DNA of 64,000 nt, taken from a virus (lineage: Duplodnaviria > Heunggongvirae > Uroviricota > Caudoviricetes > Straboviridae). Below are positions 26,184 to 35,003 of this stretch, one piece after another; positions within the stretch are counted from its first letter, which is position 1, and every line of letters begins with the position of its first letter. The position numbers were made by a program, and so were the translations under genes. The DNA lies in IMG/VR virus record IMGVR_UViG_2974587864_000001. One strand, given 5' to 3'. The notes below the pieces were generated by a model, which saw nothing but the letters and a program-made list of their open reading frames with translations, was not told where the DNA came from and made no database searches.

Positions 26184-27088
26184 AATGCTTTCCTGATTTG
26201 TTTCGCTATGGCTTCGATCACGGGTATTGAAACTGAATTTCCCGCTTGACGATATGCCTGTTTTTTACTATCCGGTATGATAAATGAATCAGGGAATCCC
26301 TGCAAACGAAAACACTCACGGGGAGTAAGTCTTCTGGGGTTCTTTCCTTCCTGCAACACCAGACATTGAACGCCGTCCTTGTAATACTGCTGGGTGATAG
26401 TCCCAGTGTGCGCAGAATCGCTTGTGACGGCCTGATAACCGAAACCCTTACCGTTTGCCTTATTTCGTTCCTTACGCTCTCTAAAGCCTTTCCATGCGTT
26501 ATCTGAGAGGGTGAATGAATCATCAGCATCTTCGAGGATGTCGCCTACTCGCGTAGGGGTGCGCGGGGGAACCGGAAACGAAAAGAACACGTCATCCAGG
26601 AAGCAGACAATAAACACGCGTTCGCGTCTTTGAGGTAGTCCGAAATCCTTTGTGTTCAGACGTTGATAGAATACATTGTATCCTTCGGCCTCCAGAAGCC
26701 CGTAAATCGTTCTGAATGTCTTCCCCTTGTCATGGGTTAGCAGTTCAGGCACGTTCTCAAAAAACAGCACACGGGGCTTTTTAGCGTGTATAATGCGGAG
26801 GATTTCGAAGAACACCGTACCGCGTACATCATCGAATCCCAGTTTCAATCCGGCTTTACTGAACGCCTGACACGGGAACCCCGCCAGCAGGATATCATGA
26901 TCCGGTACTTTGTTTTCATCAATGGCGAATAGATCACCCTGTAGGTTATCATCGCCCCAGTTTTCGATATATGTTTGCTGTGCGAACTTGTCGATTTCAG
27001 ACGTTAAAAGGCATTCGACACCGCCGAACGCCTTATCAAATCCTAATCGAACCCCGCCCACACCAGCGCAGAGGTCAATTATTTTCAT
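26165..27088 (-). CDS. DNA (cytosine-5)-methyltransferase (Dcm-type)
   Basis: motif I DLCAGVGG, motif IV GFPCQAFSKAG, ENV motif, QAGNSV near C-terminus. Confidence 0.85.
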   Translation of the reverse strand: MKIIDLCAGVGGVRLGFDKAFGGVECLLTSEIDKFAQQTYIENWGDDNLQGDLFAIDENKVPDHDILLAGFPCQAFSKAGLKLGFDDVRGTVFFEILRIIHAKKPRVLFFENVPELLTHDKGKTFRTIYGLLEAEGYNVFYQRLNTKDFGLPQRRERVFIVCFLDDVFFSFPVPPRTPTRVGDILEDADDSFTLSDNAWKGFRERKERNKANGKGFGYQAVTSDSAHTGTITQQYYKDGVQCLVLQEGKNPRRLTPRECFRLQGFPDSFIIPDSKKQAYRQAGNSVSIPVIEAIAKQIRKALCHITG

Positions 27089-27354
27089 ACGTCAAAATCA
27101 ATCTCGTCAATTTTGTATGAGTTTTCATCAATGTCCGCCCATAGGGTTACATTAACGTGTTTGCTATCTTCGTACAACTGGCGACCATCAATCCCGCCCG
27201 TGTAATTGCTTTCGGTACGTTCAGTAACTTCCAGTCGGAGGCTATCGCGCATGATCTGAACAACAGCCTGTTCCAGTGTAACCGCGTCTGGGTTTTTGGT
27301 ATCGCCCAGTACAACATCTTTAACGTTCAAAATAACATCAGTCATTAGTGCCAC
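27085..27354 (-). CDS. hypothetical protein (89 aa)
   Basis: ORF. Confidence 0.5.
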   Translation of the reverse strand: MALMTDVILNVKDVVLGDTKNPDAVTLEQAVVQIMRDSLRLEVTERTESNYTGGIDGRQLYEDSKHVNVTLWADIDENSYKIDEIDFDV

Positions 27355-27587
27355 TCCGTTTTAATACCGTGTCGGTATGCGTCAATCCCCAGTGGGGTAA
27401 TCAGCAACCATGCTTTCGAATTATCGTGATAACCCGTTACCCTTCGAGCGTAACCTTTTTGAATCAGGGCATCACGCCCTGATTTGCTGGGTACGTCATC
27501 GAAATCTAAGTCTAGCACTTTAGTTGCGTATCCGTAAAGTTTATACAGAACATCAATTTCAGCGCCGGACAATTTAGGATACATCAT
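27345..27587 (-). CDS. hypothetical protein (80 aa)
   Basis: ORF. Confidence 0.5.
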   Translation of the reverse strand: MMYPKLSGAEIDVLYKLYGYATKVLDLDFDDVPSKSGRDALIQKGYARRVTGYHDNSKAWLLITPLGIDAYRHGIKTEWH

Positions 27588-28585
27588 TTGTAATACCCCA
27601 CAACATGATCGCTGTATACGCGTTCGATGAAATCGTTCCAGAATTCGCGATCAACTTCTTTCGGATATGTTGAAATCGCTGCAAGGCGTTCGACTTCACC
27701 CATGACTTCTTCCAGCTTTTCCTGTACGGTTGCAAACGGTACGCCGCCAGCTTTAACCAGTTTCAGGAATGCGCTATCAGGCAGAGGATAAACGATATCA
27801 CCATCTTTGTAAATCTGGATCAACTGCATACCGCCGCGCAACGCGTGACTTAATGCTTTCCAGTCGATCCCGTTGTTGGCTTCTGCTTGTCGTGCGCGTT
27901 CTCCGTATTCATCCCAGAGTTTATACACAGACTTGCGCATTTCATTGGCTTTGATCGTGAACTGGAATTTACGCCCCAGCACTTCATAGAAGTCCTGACA
28001 ACCAGATTTCATTGTTGTGTCGGTAACGAATCGACAGAACTCGTTTGTAGGGAAACGATCCTTGATGTCAGACACTTTCACTTCACGCGTATAGCGTTTC
28101 ATATCTGGTGTGAATTCCTGAATACCGCCGATCGTTTCGGTTTCTTTCAGTACATCGACAACTTCGCGCAGTGCAGCCAGTCGGGAACCCTTCACACCAT
28201 ATTTCGCGGCTTGCTTACGAACATAACCGAACAGGCCAGTTAGTTCAGTGGTGTAAAAACGCCAGCGGTTAGCGCGGATATACTGCCAGATTTCAGAGTT
28301 AGCGATCAGCTTGTCATCCGAAGCGTGAAGCATATCGAGCGCTACGGTATCACCATCACACGCAAGACTAATGAACTTAGTCAGACTATACAACTGACGG
28401 TCAACGTCGTCTACGGTGTTTTTAGAGCTTTTATCGCCTGTGCTGGTGTCAATAGTCTTCGGGGCTTTCCCCAGGAGAATATCGCGCGGGTGCGGGAGAA
28501 AGATCCCTTTATAGTCTTTGTCGCTTGTCGGTGTGTTCAGTCCGTACAGGTGAGAACCGAACACGGTTTCCATTACAGTTTTCAA
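27584..28585 (-). CDS. Pol-beta-superfamily nucleotidyltransferase-like protein (333 aa)
   Basis: N-terminal FGSHLYGLNTPTSDKDY = [GS]-x10-DxD nucleotidyltransferase motif. Confidence 0.5.
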   Translation of the reverse strand: MKTVMETVFGSHLYGLNTPTSDKDYKGIFLPHPRDILLGKAPKTIDTSTGDKSSKNTVDDVDRQLYSLTKFISLACDGDTVALDMLHASDDKLIANSEIWQYIRANRWRFYTTELTGLFGYVRKQAAKYGVKGSRLAALREVVDVLKETETIGGIQEFTPDMKRYTREVKVSDIKDRFPTNEFCRFVTDTTMKSGCQDFYEVLGRKFQFTIKANEMRKSVYKLWDEYGERARQAEANNGIDWKALSHALRGGMQLIQIYKDGDIVYPLPDSAFLKLVKAGGVPFATVQEKLEEVMGEVERLAAISTYPKEVDREFWNDFIERVYSDHVVGYYK

Positions 28586-28980
28586 AATTCAACCCCCAGG
28601 GTTTTTGCGATACCGCGCAGTTCAGCGGTAGTGATATTTGGTACACGCGTTACATGTCCACGACCGAACGCGTCTTTGATTTTATCAGTAAGTTCGACAC
28701 GGTACAAATGTTCTTTGTATTCGTCTTCGCTGTGATAACCCTGTGTATGGTTATTCCAGTCATTAGCGCTACCAGTTTTTCGATCCAGTCGCTCAACACG
28801 GAAATCTTTGATATCGGTAATATTCGGATCTTCCGACGCATACAGATATTGACGGGCAACCTTGATCACATGCAGGGTGCGCGGTCGTGGGGTGTTGTGA
28901 TGACTGTATCGACGAATACCAGGATCAAAAAGGGTATCACCCACTTTCACATCAGTTAAATCTATCATTTCATTTTCCAA
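28582..28980 (-). CDS. hypothetical protein (132 aa)
   Basis: ORF. Confidence 0.5.
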   Translation of the reverse strand: MENEMIDLTDVKVGDTLFDPGIRRYSHHNTPRPRTLHVIKVARQYLYASEDPNITDIKDFRVERLDRKTGSANDWNNHTQGYHSEDEYKEHLYRVELTDKIKDAFGRGHVTRVPNITTAELRGIAKTLGVEF

Positions 28981-29216
28981 CGTTTTGACTTTTCACAGTA
29001 GAACACCGGAAGACGTGCCAGAACTGGCTTCACTACGTCTTCCCCTGTGTTCGTGTTATGAACTACTTCGATTGTAAGGGATTGCCCTTCGGACGGCCTT
29101 ACTATGTCCAGTTCCAGGATCTCACGATTACCCTTTGTATTGATTTCCGCTACGTAGTAATCGTGTCCGTTGATGTTTACGACATCACCCATAATAACGC
29201 TAATTGTGTGAATCAT
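28965..29216 (-). CDS. hypothetical protein (83 aa)
   Basis: ORF. Confidence 0.5.
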   Translation of the reverse strand: MIHTISVIMGDVVNINGHDYYVAEINTKGNREILELDIVRPSEGQSLTIEVVHNTNTGEDVVKPVLARLPVFYCEKSKRWKMK

Positions 29217-29770
29217 GAGTATGCAAACTTAATTTTAACATTCAGGGAATCCAGCAGGATCGCATCACGTCCATCAATGATAGTCAATCCCATGTATTTG
29301 TTATCGTCTGCGCTCTTACGGGAGTACATGCGACAAACCAGAGAACCATCTTGTGCGATGTATTCAACGTGGTATTCACGGCGTTCTGACGTGAAGATGT
29401 CACCAACTACAACAGGACGATCAACACTTTGGCGTTTAGTCCCTTCATAGGACAGTTTGCCGTTACCGTCTGGGGTACATTCCGCGCCTTTCAACAGGAT
29501 TTGTGTCACTCGGACAGATTCTACGGTTCCCGCAATCAACATTGCTGGATCAGCGGTTCCCATTTTCAGGATCAGCGTTGAACTTGTTTTGTATCGTGAT
29601 GGTTCAGTGACGAACACGTAAACCATATCGTTCTTATCACGGGCAACAGATTGCAGCGTGAATTGCATTTGACCCGGAATACCCGACATCGCAATGTGAA
29701 CACGATTACCAGGTTCCAGCGCCATACGACATTTTACATCAGTGATCCCGCTAAGGGTTGCTACTTTCAT
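29213..29770 (-). CDS. hypothetical protein (185 aa)
   Basis: ORF. Confidence 0.5.
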   Translation of the reverse strand: MKVATLSGITDVKCRMALEPGNRVHIAMSGIPGQMQFTLQSVARDKNDMVYVFVTEPSRYKTSSTLILKMGTADPAMLIAGTVESVRVTQILLKGAECTPDGNGKLSYEGTKRQSVDRPVVVGDIFTSERREYHVEYIAQDGSLVCRMYSRKSADDNKYMGLTIIDGRDAILLDSLNVKIKFAYS

Positions 29771-30039
29771 GATTTAATTCCTTCAAAGTCTTCATTAGAT
29801 TTCCAGTACACGTTAAAGTTACGGCAATCGTGATCAGAAGTCAACGTATATTTTTCTTTTGTTTTCTCGTCGGTGATCACCATCGTTTCATTTTCGATGG
29901 AATCCACGCCATAGACGAACACTTTATCACCGCGCTTATTCAGGAACGCGTCACCTGTTTGAATCAACTGCCAGCAGTTGACAGGTAAACCACCCGCGCA
30001 GATAGGACGGGTTACTAAACAGTAAGGGTGTTTCATCAA
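29767..30039 (-). CDS. hypothetical protein (90 aa)
   Basis: ORF. Confidence 0.5.
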   Translation of the reverse strand: MMKHPYCLVTRPICAGGLPVNCWQLIQTGDAFLNKRGDKVFVYGVDSIENETMVITDEKTKEKYTLTSDHDCRNFNVYWKSNEDFEGIKS

Positions 30040-30221
30040 TCAGCCAGCCTTATATTGTTTGGATCAGGAACGAATGTATCTTTCTGGGTAATCATGAACA
30101 CCAGGAAAGCAGCGACTTCGGGATCTTCAATCACATTGAACTTGCGATTGCCTTTCCAACGTACCGCGATTTTACCATCATCGAGTTTTCTGATTTCGGC
30201 TACTTCTGATTTCTTGCTCAT
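30036..30221 (-). CDS. hypothetical protein (61 aa)
   Basis: ATG 30221 with GAAGGAGG RBS inside conserved leader. Confidence 0.5.
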   Translation of the reverse strand: MSKKSEVAEIRKLDDGKIAVRWKGNRKFNVIEDPEVAAFLVFMITQKDTFVPDPNNIRLAD

Positions 30222-30290
30222 AATTACCTCCTTCGTTTCGATGCCCCTAATATAACAAAAGCCCTCACGCGAACGCAAGGGCTTTTTTCA
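30222..30290 (-). promoter_or_regulatory. stem-loop + TGTTATATT + leader cassette (PeSL-like)
   Basis: GCCCTTGCGTTCGCGTGAGGGC-TTTTGTTATATTAGGGGCATCGAAACGAAGGAGG on minus strand; hairpin identical to that at 18733. Confidence 0.5.
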
Positions 30291-30297
30291 TCTTTTA

Positions 30298-31353
30298 TCA
30301 GAGTCCCGTAAACGCTACGATAATCTGATAGTGGTCATCGAAGAACTCACCACGATTTTGTTTGACTTCGTGCATAGGCATCCAGAACGCGTCTAACGCA
30401 TCGTCAGAACCGCCCATAATACGGGGCAGACTTCCATCATTGTTAGGTTCTAACTTGATGTACTGCGCCACAGTCGGTTTTGAGAAGTATACGGAACGTT
30501 TCGGATGATCGAACAGCATCGAATTACGGATTGAACCACGAATAACCTTTTCAGGAACCTTGATTCGTACCTCTTCGAGCAGTTCGCGGATTGCACAATC
30601 CAGGAACGTTTCATTTGCGTTTTTGTGTCCACCAGGAAGGGCTAACGCGTCTTTACCTGGTGCGAACTTACGACGAATTACCAGCAGGTGATTGTTACAC
30701 ACAACCACACTATCACCCGTGCAGCAGTTCAGCGCGTCGGGGTATGGGTAGTTTTTGAATTTCTCCAATTCGCTTTCCCATTTCTCGTATTCGTAGAATA
30801 AACGCCAGAACGTGTCTTCCATCATCCATTTGTCGATATAATCGACGGTTGCTTGAGGAACAAAGCGCAACAGTTTCTTATCCCATCCGTTTTTGTGGTT
30901 GAAGATAATCGGACGCAGATCGGTTGCTGATAGATCCTTGCCGTCAACCTGAACAGGATCAACAGGTACGTGTGTCCATCCGAACGCTTTAAGCCAGTAT
31001 GAACCCGCATCTTTTTCGTAACCGTAGATAGCGATTTTGTCGCCTTTGGTTTCCCTGATAGCAGTACGAACAGAGGTTTTCCATTTCTCTTCGTTGTAAA
31101 GATAATCTGGAATATGTTCAAACTGAACACGAACAACATCTTCGATCGGGAAGTTAGCGTTTAACCATGAGAAGATCATCGTTTGACGCTCACGCGCTGT
31201 CAGAGGGTTTAAAACGTTAGGGTAAGCATATGCTGAACCCAGAAGGATGTAAACGATCTTTGCTTCTTCGAGTGCTTTACGCACCATTGCTGCATGACCA
31301 TTATGGAAGGGTTGGAATCTGCCAATTACGACAGCTTTATCAAATTGTTTCAT
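30298..31353 (-). CDS. bifunctional nicotinamide-mononucleotide adenylyltransferase / Nudix ADP-ribose pyrophosphatase (NatV/NadM-Nudix-like)
   Basis: N-terminal VIGRFQPFHNGH (HxGH nucleotidyltransferase motif); C-terminal Nudix box GGHKNANETFLDCAIRELLEEV; start moved to ATG 31353 (GGAG RBS). Confidence 0.8.
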   Translation of the reverse strand: MKQFDKAVVIGRFQPFHNGHAAMVRKALEEAKIVYILLGSAYAYPNVLNPLTARERQTMIFSWLNANFPIEDVVRVQFEHIPDYLYNEEKWKTSVRTAIRETKGDKIAIYGYEKDAGSYWLKAFGWTHVPVDPVQVDGKDLSATDLRPIIFNHKNGWDKKLLRFVPQATVDYIDKWMMEDTFWRLFYEYEKWESELEKFKNYPYPDALNCCTGDSVVVCNNHLLVIRRKFAPGKDALALPGGHKNANETFLDCAIRELLEEVRIKVPEKVIRGSIRNSMLFDHPKRSVYFSKPTVAQYIKLEPNNDGSLPRIMGGSDDALDAFWMPMHEVKQNRGEFFDDHYQIIVAFTGL

Positions 31354-31529
31354 AACGTGCTCCACGTTTAAAGGTTAATCATAAAACAGACGCAATCACC
31401 AATACACCAAGAAAACCGCCAATAAAGCCGAAGAATAGCGAAATGAAGATAGTAAGGATGATCTGTTTTATGTTCATTATAGTATTCTCGTTTTAGGAGT
31501 CAAGCCCCCAGAGTGGGGGCTTTAAAACC

Positions 31530-32456
31530 TTATTTACGAGAATCGAAAATCACTTGTCCATCGTAACCCGCACCCATTACGGTATGTGGAACACCGCCCT
31601 GGTATTTCTCTGCGCGTTTCATCTGAACGTCAAGTTCTTTCCAGCGAATCATTTCTGGTGTAATGGTACGCTGTAACACGGCGTTCGCTTCGGCTTCTTT
31701 CTTAGCCGCATACAGACGGGCATCAGCATCACGCTCGTTAGCCTGTGCAGCATTGCTACGGGCTTCTTTATCGGCAATTGCCTGAACAACTGCCTGTTGA
31801 GCGATTTGCTCTTTACGTGCCAGTTCTGCTTTTTCTGCGTTCACCTGTTCTTCACGAATTTTCGTGTTTTCAACCTGTTTCTTAATCGCTTCCGGCAGGT
31901 CGATGTCCTGCAAGAATACCTGTTTCACGGTGTAACCGTAAGGACGGGCATACTCTTCAACTTCCTGCTGAATTGCGATCTGTAGCTGGCTTTGAACTTC
32001 TGCGTTATACAGATCCTGTGCTTTCGGTACAGATTTACCGAACTCACGGACGGTAGACAGAAGTTTTTCGGTCACGTACTTATCAAGCGCCTGATCCTGA
32101 TTACCCGCGTTGATACGGTTGATCGGGGCTTTGTTACCATCGAACTGCAACATCACGGTCATATCCACAGTGGATTTGAATTTATCCTGGGACGGAACCT
32201 GCAATTTGTCAAACTTCATTGCGATGTCTTTGGTGTTGAACACCTCGAAATCAGCCAGTGGGTTTACCAGGTGGAAACCAGGCAGAACAGGTTTCGGTGA
32301 AACTTTACCCATGAAGGTTTGAGTTTTTACCGTACCATCCTGAACGATGGTGTACGAGTTCGGAATCAGCCACAGTGCAGCGATTACGCCCAGAGCGATC
32401 AGAGTGGTTTTCTTTGGGTTGTTTACGATAGTGTTTAAGTTCATCATTATTTCCAT
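31530..32456 (-). CDS. SPFH/band-7 (stomatin/prohibitin/HflKC-like) membrane protein
   Basis: N-terminal TM helix then TVKTQTFMGKV...LQFDGNKAPINRINAG... followed by long coiled-coil EEQVNAEKAELARKEQIAQQAV. Confidence 0.65.
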   Translation of the reverse strand: MEIMMNLNTIVNNPKKTTLIALGVIAALWLIPNSYTIVQDGTVKTQTFMGKVSPKPVLPGFHLVNPLADFEVFNTKDIAMKFDKLQVPSQDKFKSTVDMTVMLQFDGNKAPINRINAGNQDQALDKYVTEKLLSTVREFGKSVPKAQDLYNAEVQSQLQIAIQQEVEEYARPYGYTVKQVFLQDIDLPEAIKKQVENTKIREEQVNAEKAELARKEQIAQQAVVQAIADKEARSNAAQANERDADARLYAAKKEAEANAVLQRTITPEMIRWKELDVQMKRAEKYQGGVPHTVMGAGYDGQVIFDSRK

Positions 32457-32517
32457 TGGGTTTATGTTTCAATTCGATAGTTATTCTATCATCACTTTTT
32501 CGCTTGTCAAACTCTTT

Positions 32518-32907
32518 TTAAGAAAGTTTTGTCAGCTTGTAAATCGTTTGATAGCACAAGCCTTTGATCTCGTCCAGGACGTTCTTCAATGAACTATCTA
32601 CTGAATCATAGATTGTGTCGGCTTCGGTTGCTATTTTACGGAGATACACCACCGTGTCAAGCACATTTTCTGTTTTTAATACGGGTTTATATCGACCAGT
32701 GATACCAATATGGATTTCGGTGAATTTATCAACCAAATCCTGCATATCTTCGTAAAAACTCTCAAACGCTTTATGTTGAGAATACGATCCGGTCGCAAAG
32801 TGTGCGCTGTGCATGTACGTTACTGACATCAGACACATACCGATAAAGGCATCTACTTTGCTTGAGTTATCACGATCCGTTACTTCGTTAAATGTTTGCA
32901 TCTTCAT
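32518..32907 (-). CDS. hypothetical protein (129 aa)
   Basis: ORF. Confidence 0.5.
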   Translation of the reverse strand: MKMQTFNEVTDRDNSSKVDAFIGMCLMSVTYMHSAHFATGSYSQHKAFESFYEDMQDLVDKFTEIHIGITGRYKPVLKTENVLDTVVYLRKIATEADTIYDSVDSSLKNVLDEIKGLCYQTIYKLTKLS

Positions 32908-32910
32908 CCC

Positions 32911-33201
32911 TTATGAACGATGAATAGCGGCAAATTCACTTGCAACCCGTAGCCCTAAACGTTTACATTCGGGTTCAGATTTGCATTGTTTTTGCTGCCA
33001 TTTTCGTTCCATGTAATTATAGAATAGTTCACTGGTATTTACGCTGGGAGGGATGGTGTCAAGATATACCTGTAGCGCCGCGTTGATGTAGTAATCGAAC
33101 TCTTTGGCGACTACGGATCTATCATCAGCATGTGATGACGGAGACAAGATTAACAAACCAAACATCAGCGCTTTAGATATGCGTTTAATGTTCATAAGCA
33201 A
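32911..33201 (-). CDS. small secreted protein (signal peptide ...SPSSHA-DDR)
   Basis: N-terminal MLMNIKRISKALMFGLLILSPSSHA signal-peptide-like; 4 Cys. Confidence 0.5.
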   Translation of the reverse strand: MLMNIKRISKALMFGLLILSPSSHADDRSVVAKEFDYYINAALQVYLDTIPPSVNTSELFYNYMERKWQQKQCKSEPECKRLGLRVASEFAAIHRS

Positions 33202-33302
33202 TTCTCTACGTGCTTACGGATCAACAATAGATCCGTTCCTGTATATATTTATAGCAAAAAAGGGGCGAATCGCCCCTTATGTAAAATTAGTCTAAAAATA
33301 CA

Positions 33303-33695
33303 TCAAGTTATCTCATACCAGCATAAGCTACGCTCAAAAGCGCGGATCTTATTTGCGTTCTCGATATTTTCATCCCATCCAATCACGCCAGCTTTCATCC
33401 GGCGTAACTCCTGACGCATTTTAGCGCGTACTTTCGAATCAATCTTTTTGACTGCGATCGAAAGCATCGCGGAGATATCACCATGAGCTTTGTTACCGTC
33501 ACGATTCAGGTTTTTATCGAATCGGATATATGCACAACCTGATTTGTGTTTCCAGTTGGTTGTGTACCAACGCAAACCATCAGGGCTTTCTCCGTGCTGT
33601 GCATAATACTGTGAAAATGCTTTTGTCTCTTCGATTTGTTCGATAGAGGACTTATCACGGACTGGAACATATTTCTTACGGTAAGTACGGCTCAT
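33303..33695 (-). CDS. hypothetical basic protein (130 aa)
   Basis: ORF. Confidence 0.5.
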   Translation of the reverse strand: MSRTYRKKYVPVRDKSSIEQIEETKAFSQYYAQHGESPDGLRWYTTNWKHKSGCAYIRFDKNLNRDGNKAHGDISAMLSIAVKKIDSKVRAKMRQELRRMKAGVIGWDENIENANKIRAFERSLCWYEIT

Positions 33696-33725
33696 AGTGT
33701 TCTCCTTTGTTTGTCTGAATACACC

Positions 33726-34310
33726 TTAACAGTTCAGACCAACATTATCAAGAAGTTTTTCGTGATAATGTTTGCGACAGAGCGAAACGTATTTGTCTTC
33801 GGCTCCGATCTCAACCTGCGCCCCTTCGGTTACGAAGTTGCCTTGTGCGTCGATACGTGCAACCGTAGTTGCTTTACGCCCACAGTGACACATTCCCCGC
33901 AGTTCTCGGATCTCGTCTGCCCAGGCCAGCAACCAGTAAGAACCCTCGAACAGATTCAACTGGAAATCAGTACGCAGACCGTAAGCCATTACAGGGATTT
34001 CGAGTTCATCGACAACGCGACATAGATCGAAAACGTTTTTCTTCGAAAGGAATTGCGCCTCGTCAACGAAGATGCAAGCAATTTTATTCCGGCGCTGAAT
34101 GTCCCAGAACAGATCCATATCAGGCGCAATCAATTCACACTTTTCGTTCAGCCCGATACGCGAACTCACTGTGTTTGATGTGCGGGTGTCGATTGCTGGC
34201 TTATAGATTACAACACGCATACCGCGTTCTTTGTAATTGTGTGCGTCCGTCAACAGTCGCGCACTCTTTCCAGCGTTCATTGATGCATAGTGATAATACA
34301 GTTTAGCCAA
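33726..34310 (-). CDS. tk: thymidine kinase
   Basis: LAKLYYHYASMNAGKS...VDEAQFL...YGLRTDF...CHCGRKAT parallels E. coli Tdk over the whole length; probable TTG start at 34310 aligned to Tdk N-terminus. Confidence 0.85.
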   Translation of the reverse strand: MAKLYYHYASMNAGKSARLLTDAHNYKERGMRVVIYKPAIDTRTSNTVSSRIGLNEKCELIAPDMDLFWDIQRRNKIACIFVDEAQFLSKKNVFDLCRVVDELEIPVMAYGLRTDFQLNLFEGSYWLLAWADEIRELRGMCHCGRKATTVARIDAQGNFVTEGAQVEIGAEDKYVSLCRKHYHEKLLDNVGLNC

Positions 34311-34563
34311 TTGTAAACCATCCGTTACCCATGAGTTTTTTGTTACGTCGCGCAAGATGCTCTTTGATTTCTGGCATCTGGATCGCAATATCATACTCTT
34401 CTTTCGTCATAGTATGATTTGCGCAACCCATACACCCGCACACCTGCGCGTTACACCAACGGAGTGTTCCGTATGTCGCAATCACCTTCATTGCTTTAGC
34501 TTTGATTTTGTCAGTCATGATTATAACCGCCCATTTCGCTATCTTGTGCTTTATGGATATCAA
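34303..34563 (-). CDS. small Cys-rich protein (CNAQVCGCMGCANH)
   Basis: ORF; start uncertain (possibly ATG 34518). Confidence 0.45.
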   Translation of the reverse strand: MISIKHKIAKWAVIIMTDKIKAKAMKVIATYGTLRWCNAQVCGCMGCANHTMTKEEYDIAIQMPEIKEHLARRNKKLMGNGWFTIG

Positions 34564-34798
34564 GATACCACATATTGATTTTGCTTTTTAGTTCGCCCAT
34601 TTCTTTATCCAGCCCATCATCAACAAGACAGAGAATGTCAACCACCGTTTTACGTTGGGTGATGTTGATTTTGTTTGCTTTCATGGACTGCGCCAGCGCT
34701 TCACAGGTTTTCACCAGTGCGGCGCGTTGCCCTTTGATTGTGGCGATCCGCTTGTTCGCTTTCTTGATCGCCCGACCTGCTTTGATAGGATCAATCAT
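34511..34798 (-). CDS. hypothetical protein (95 aa)
   Basis: ORF. Confidence 0.5.
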   Translation of the reverse strand: MIDPIKAGRAIKKANKRIATIKGQRAALVKTCEALAQSMKANKINITQRKTVVDILCLVDDGLDKEMGELKSKINMWYLDIHKAQDSEMGGYNHD

Positions 34799-35003
34799 GA
34801 TTAGCTCTCTCCACTGCTACCGCATCACGAACAGCATCTTCGATTTCATTTTCAACGAAATCCAGGATATCCGCTGTAATGTCGTCGATACAGGATTGAT
34901 TATAGTTGCGTGAATCAGGATCATCATCTTCGGCATAATCCTGATACGCTTCGCCCAGTTGTTTCAGCTTGTGTTTTAACAGCTTTTGTTCTTGCGGTCT
35001 CAT
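34791..35003 (-). CDS. hypothetical acidic protein (70 aa)
   Basis: ORF. Confidence 0.45.
   Translation of the reverse strand: MRPQEQKLLKHKLKQLGEAYQDYAEDDDPDSRNYNQSCIDDITADILDFVENEIEDAVRDAVAVERANHD

Noticed and set aside
31366-31529. TTGACT-N16-TATAAT promoter-like sequence overlapping terminator hairpin, and a 32-aa TM ORF (31379..31477) between natV and the SPFH gene
   Set aside because: The TATAAT abuts the ATG directly, leaving no leader. The ORF is short and unsupported, so it is left as an unannotated possibility.
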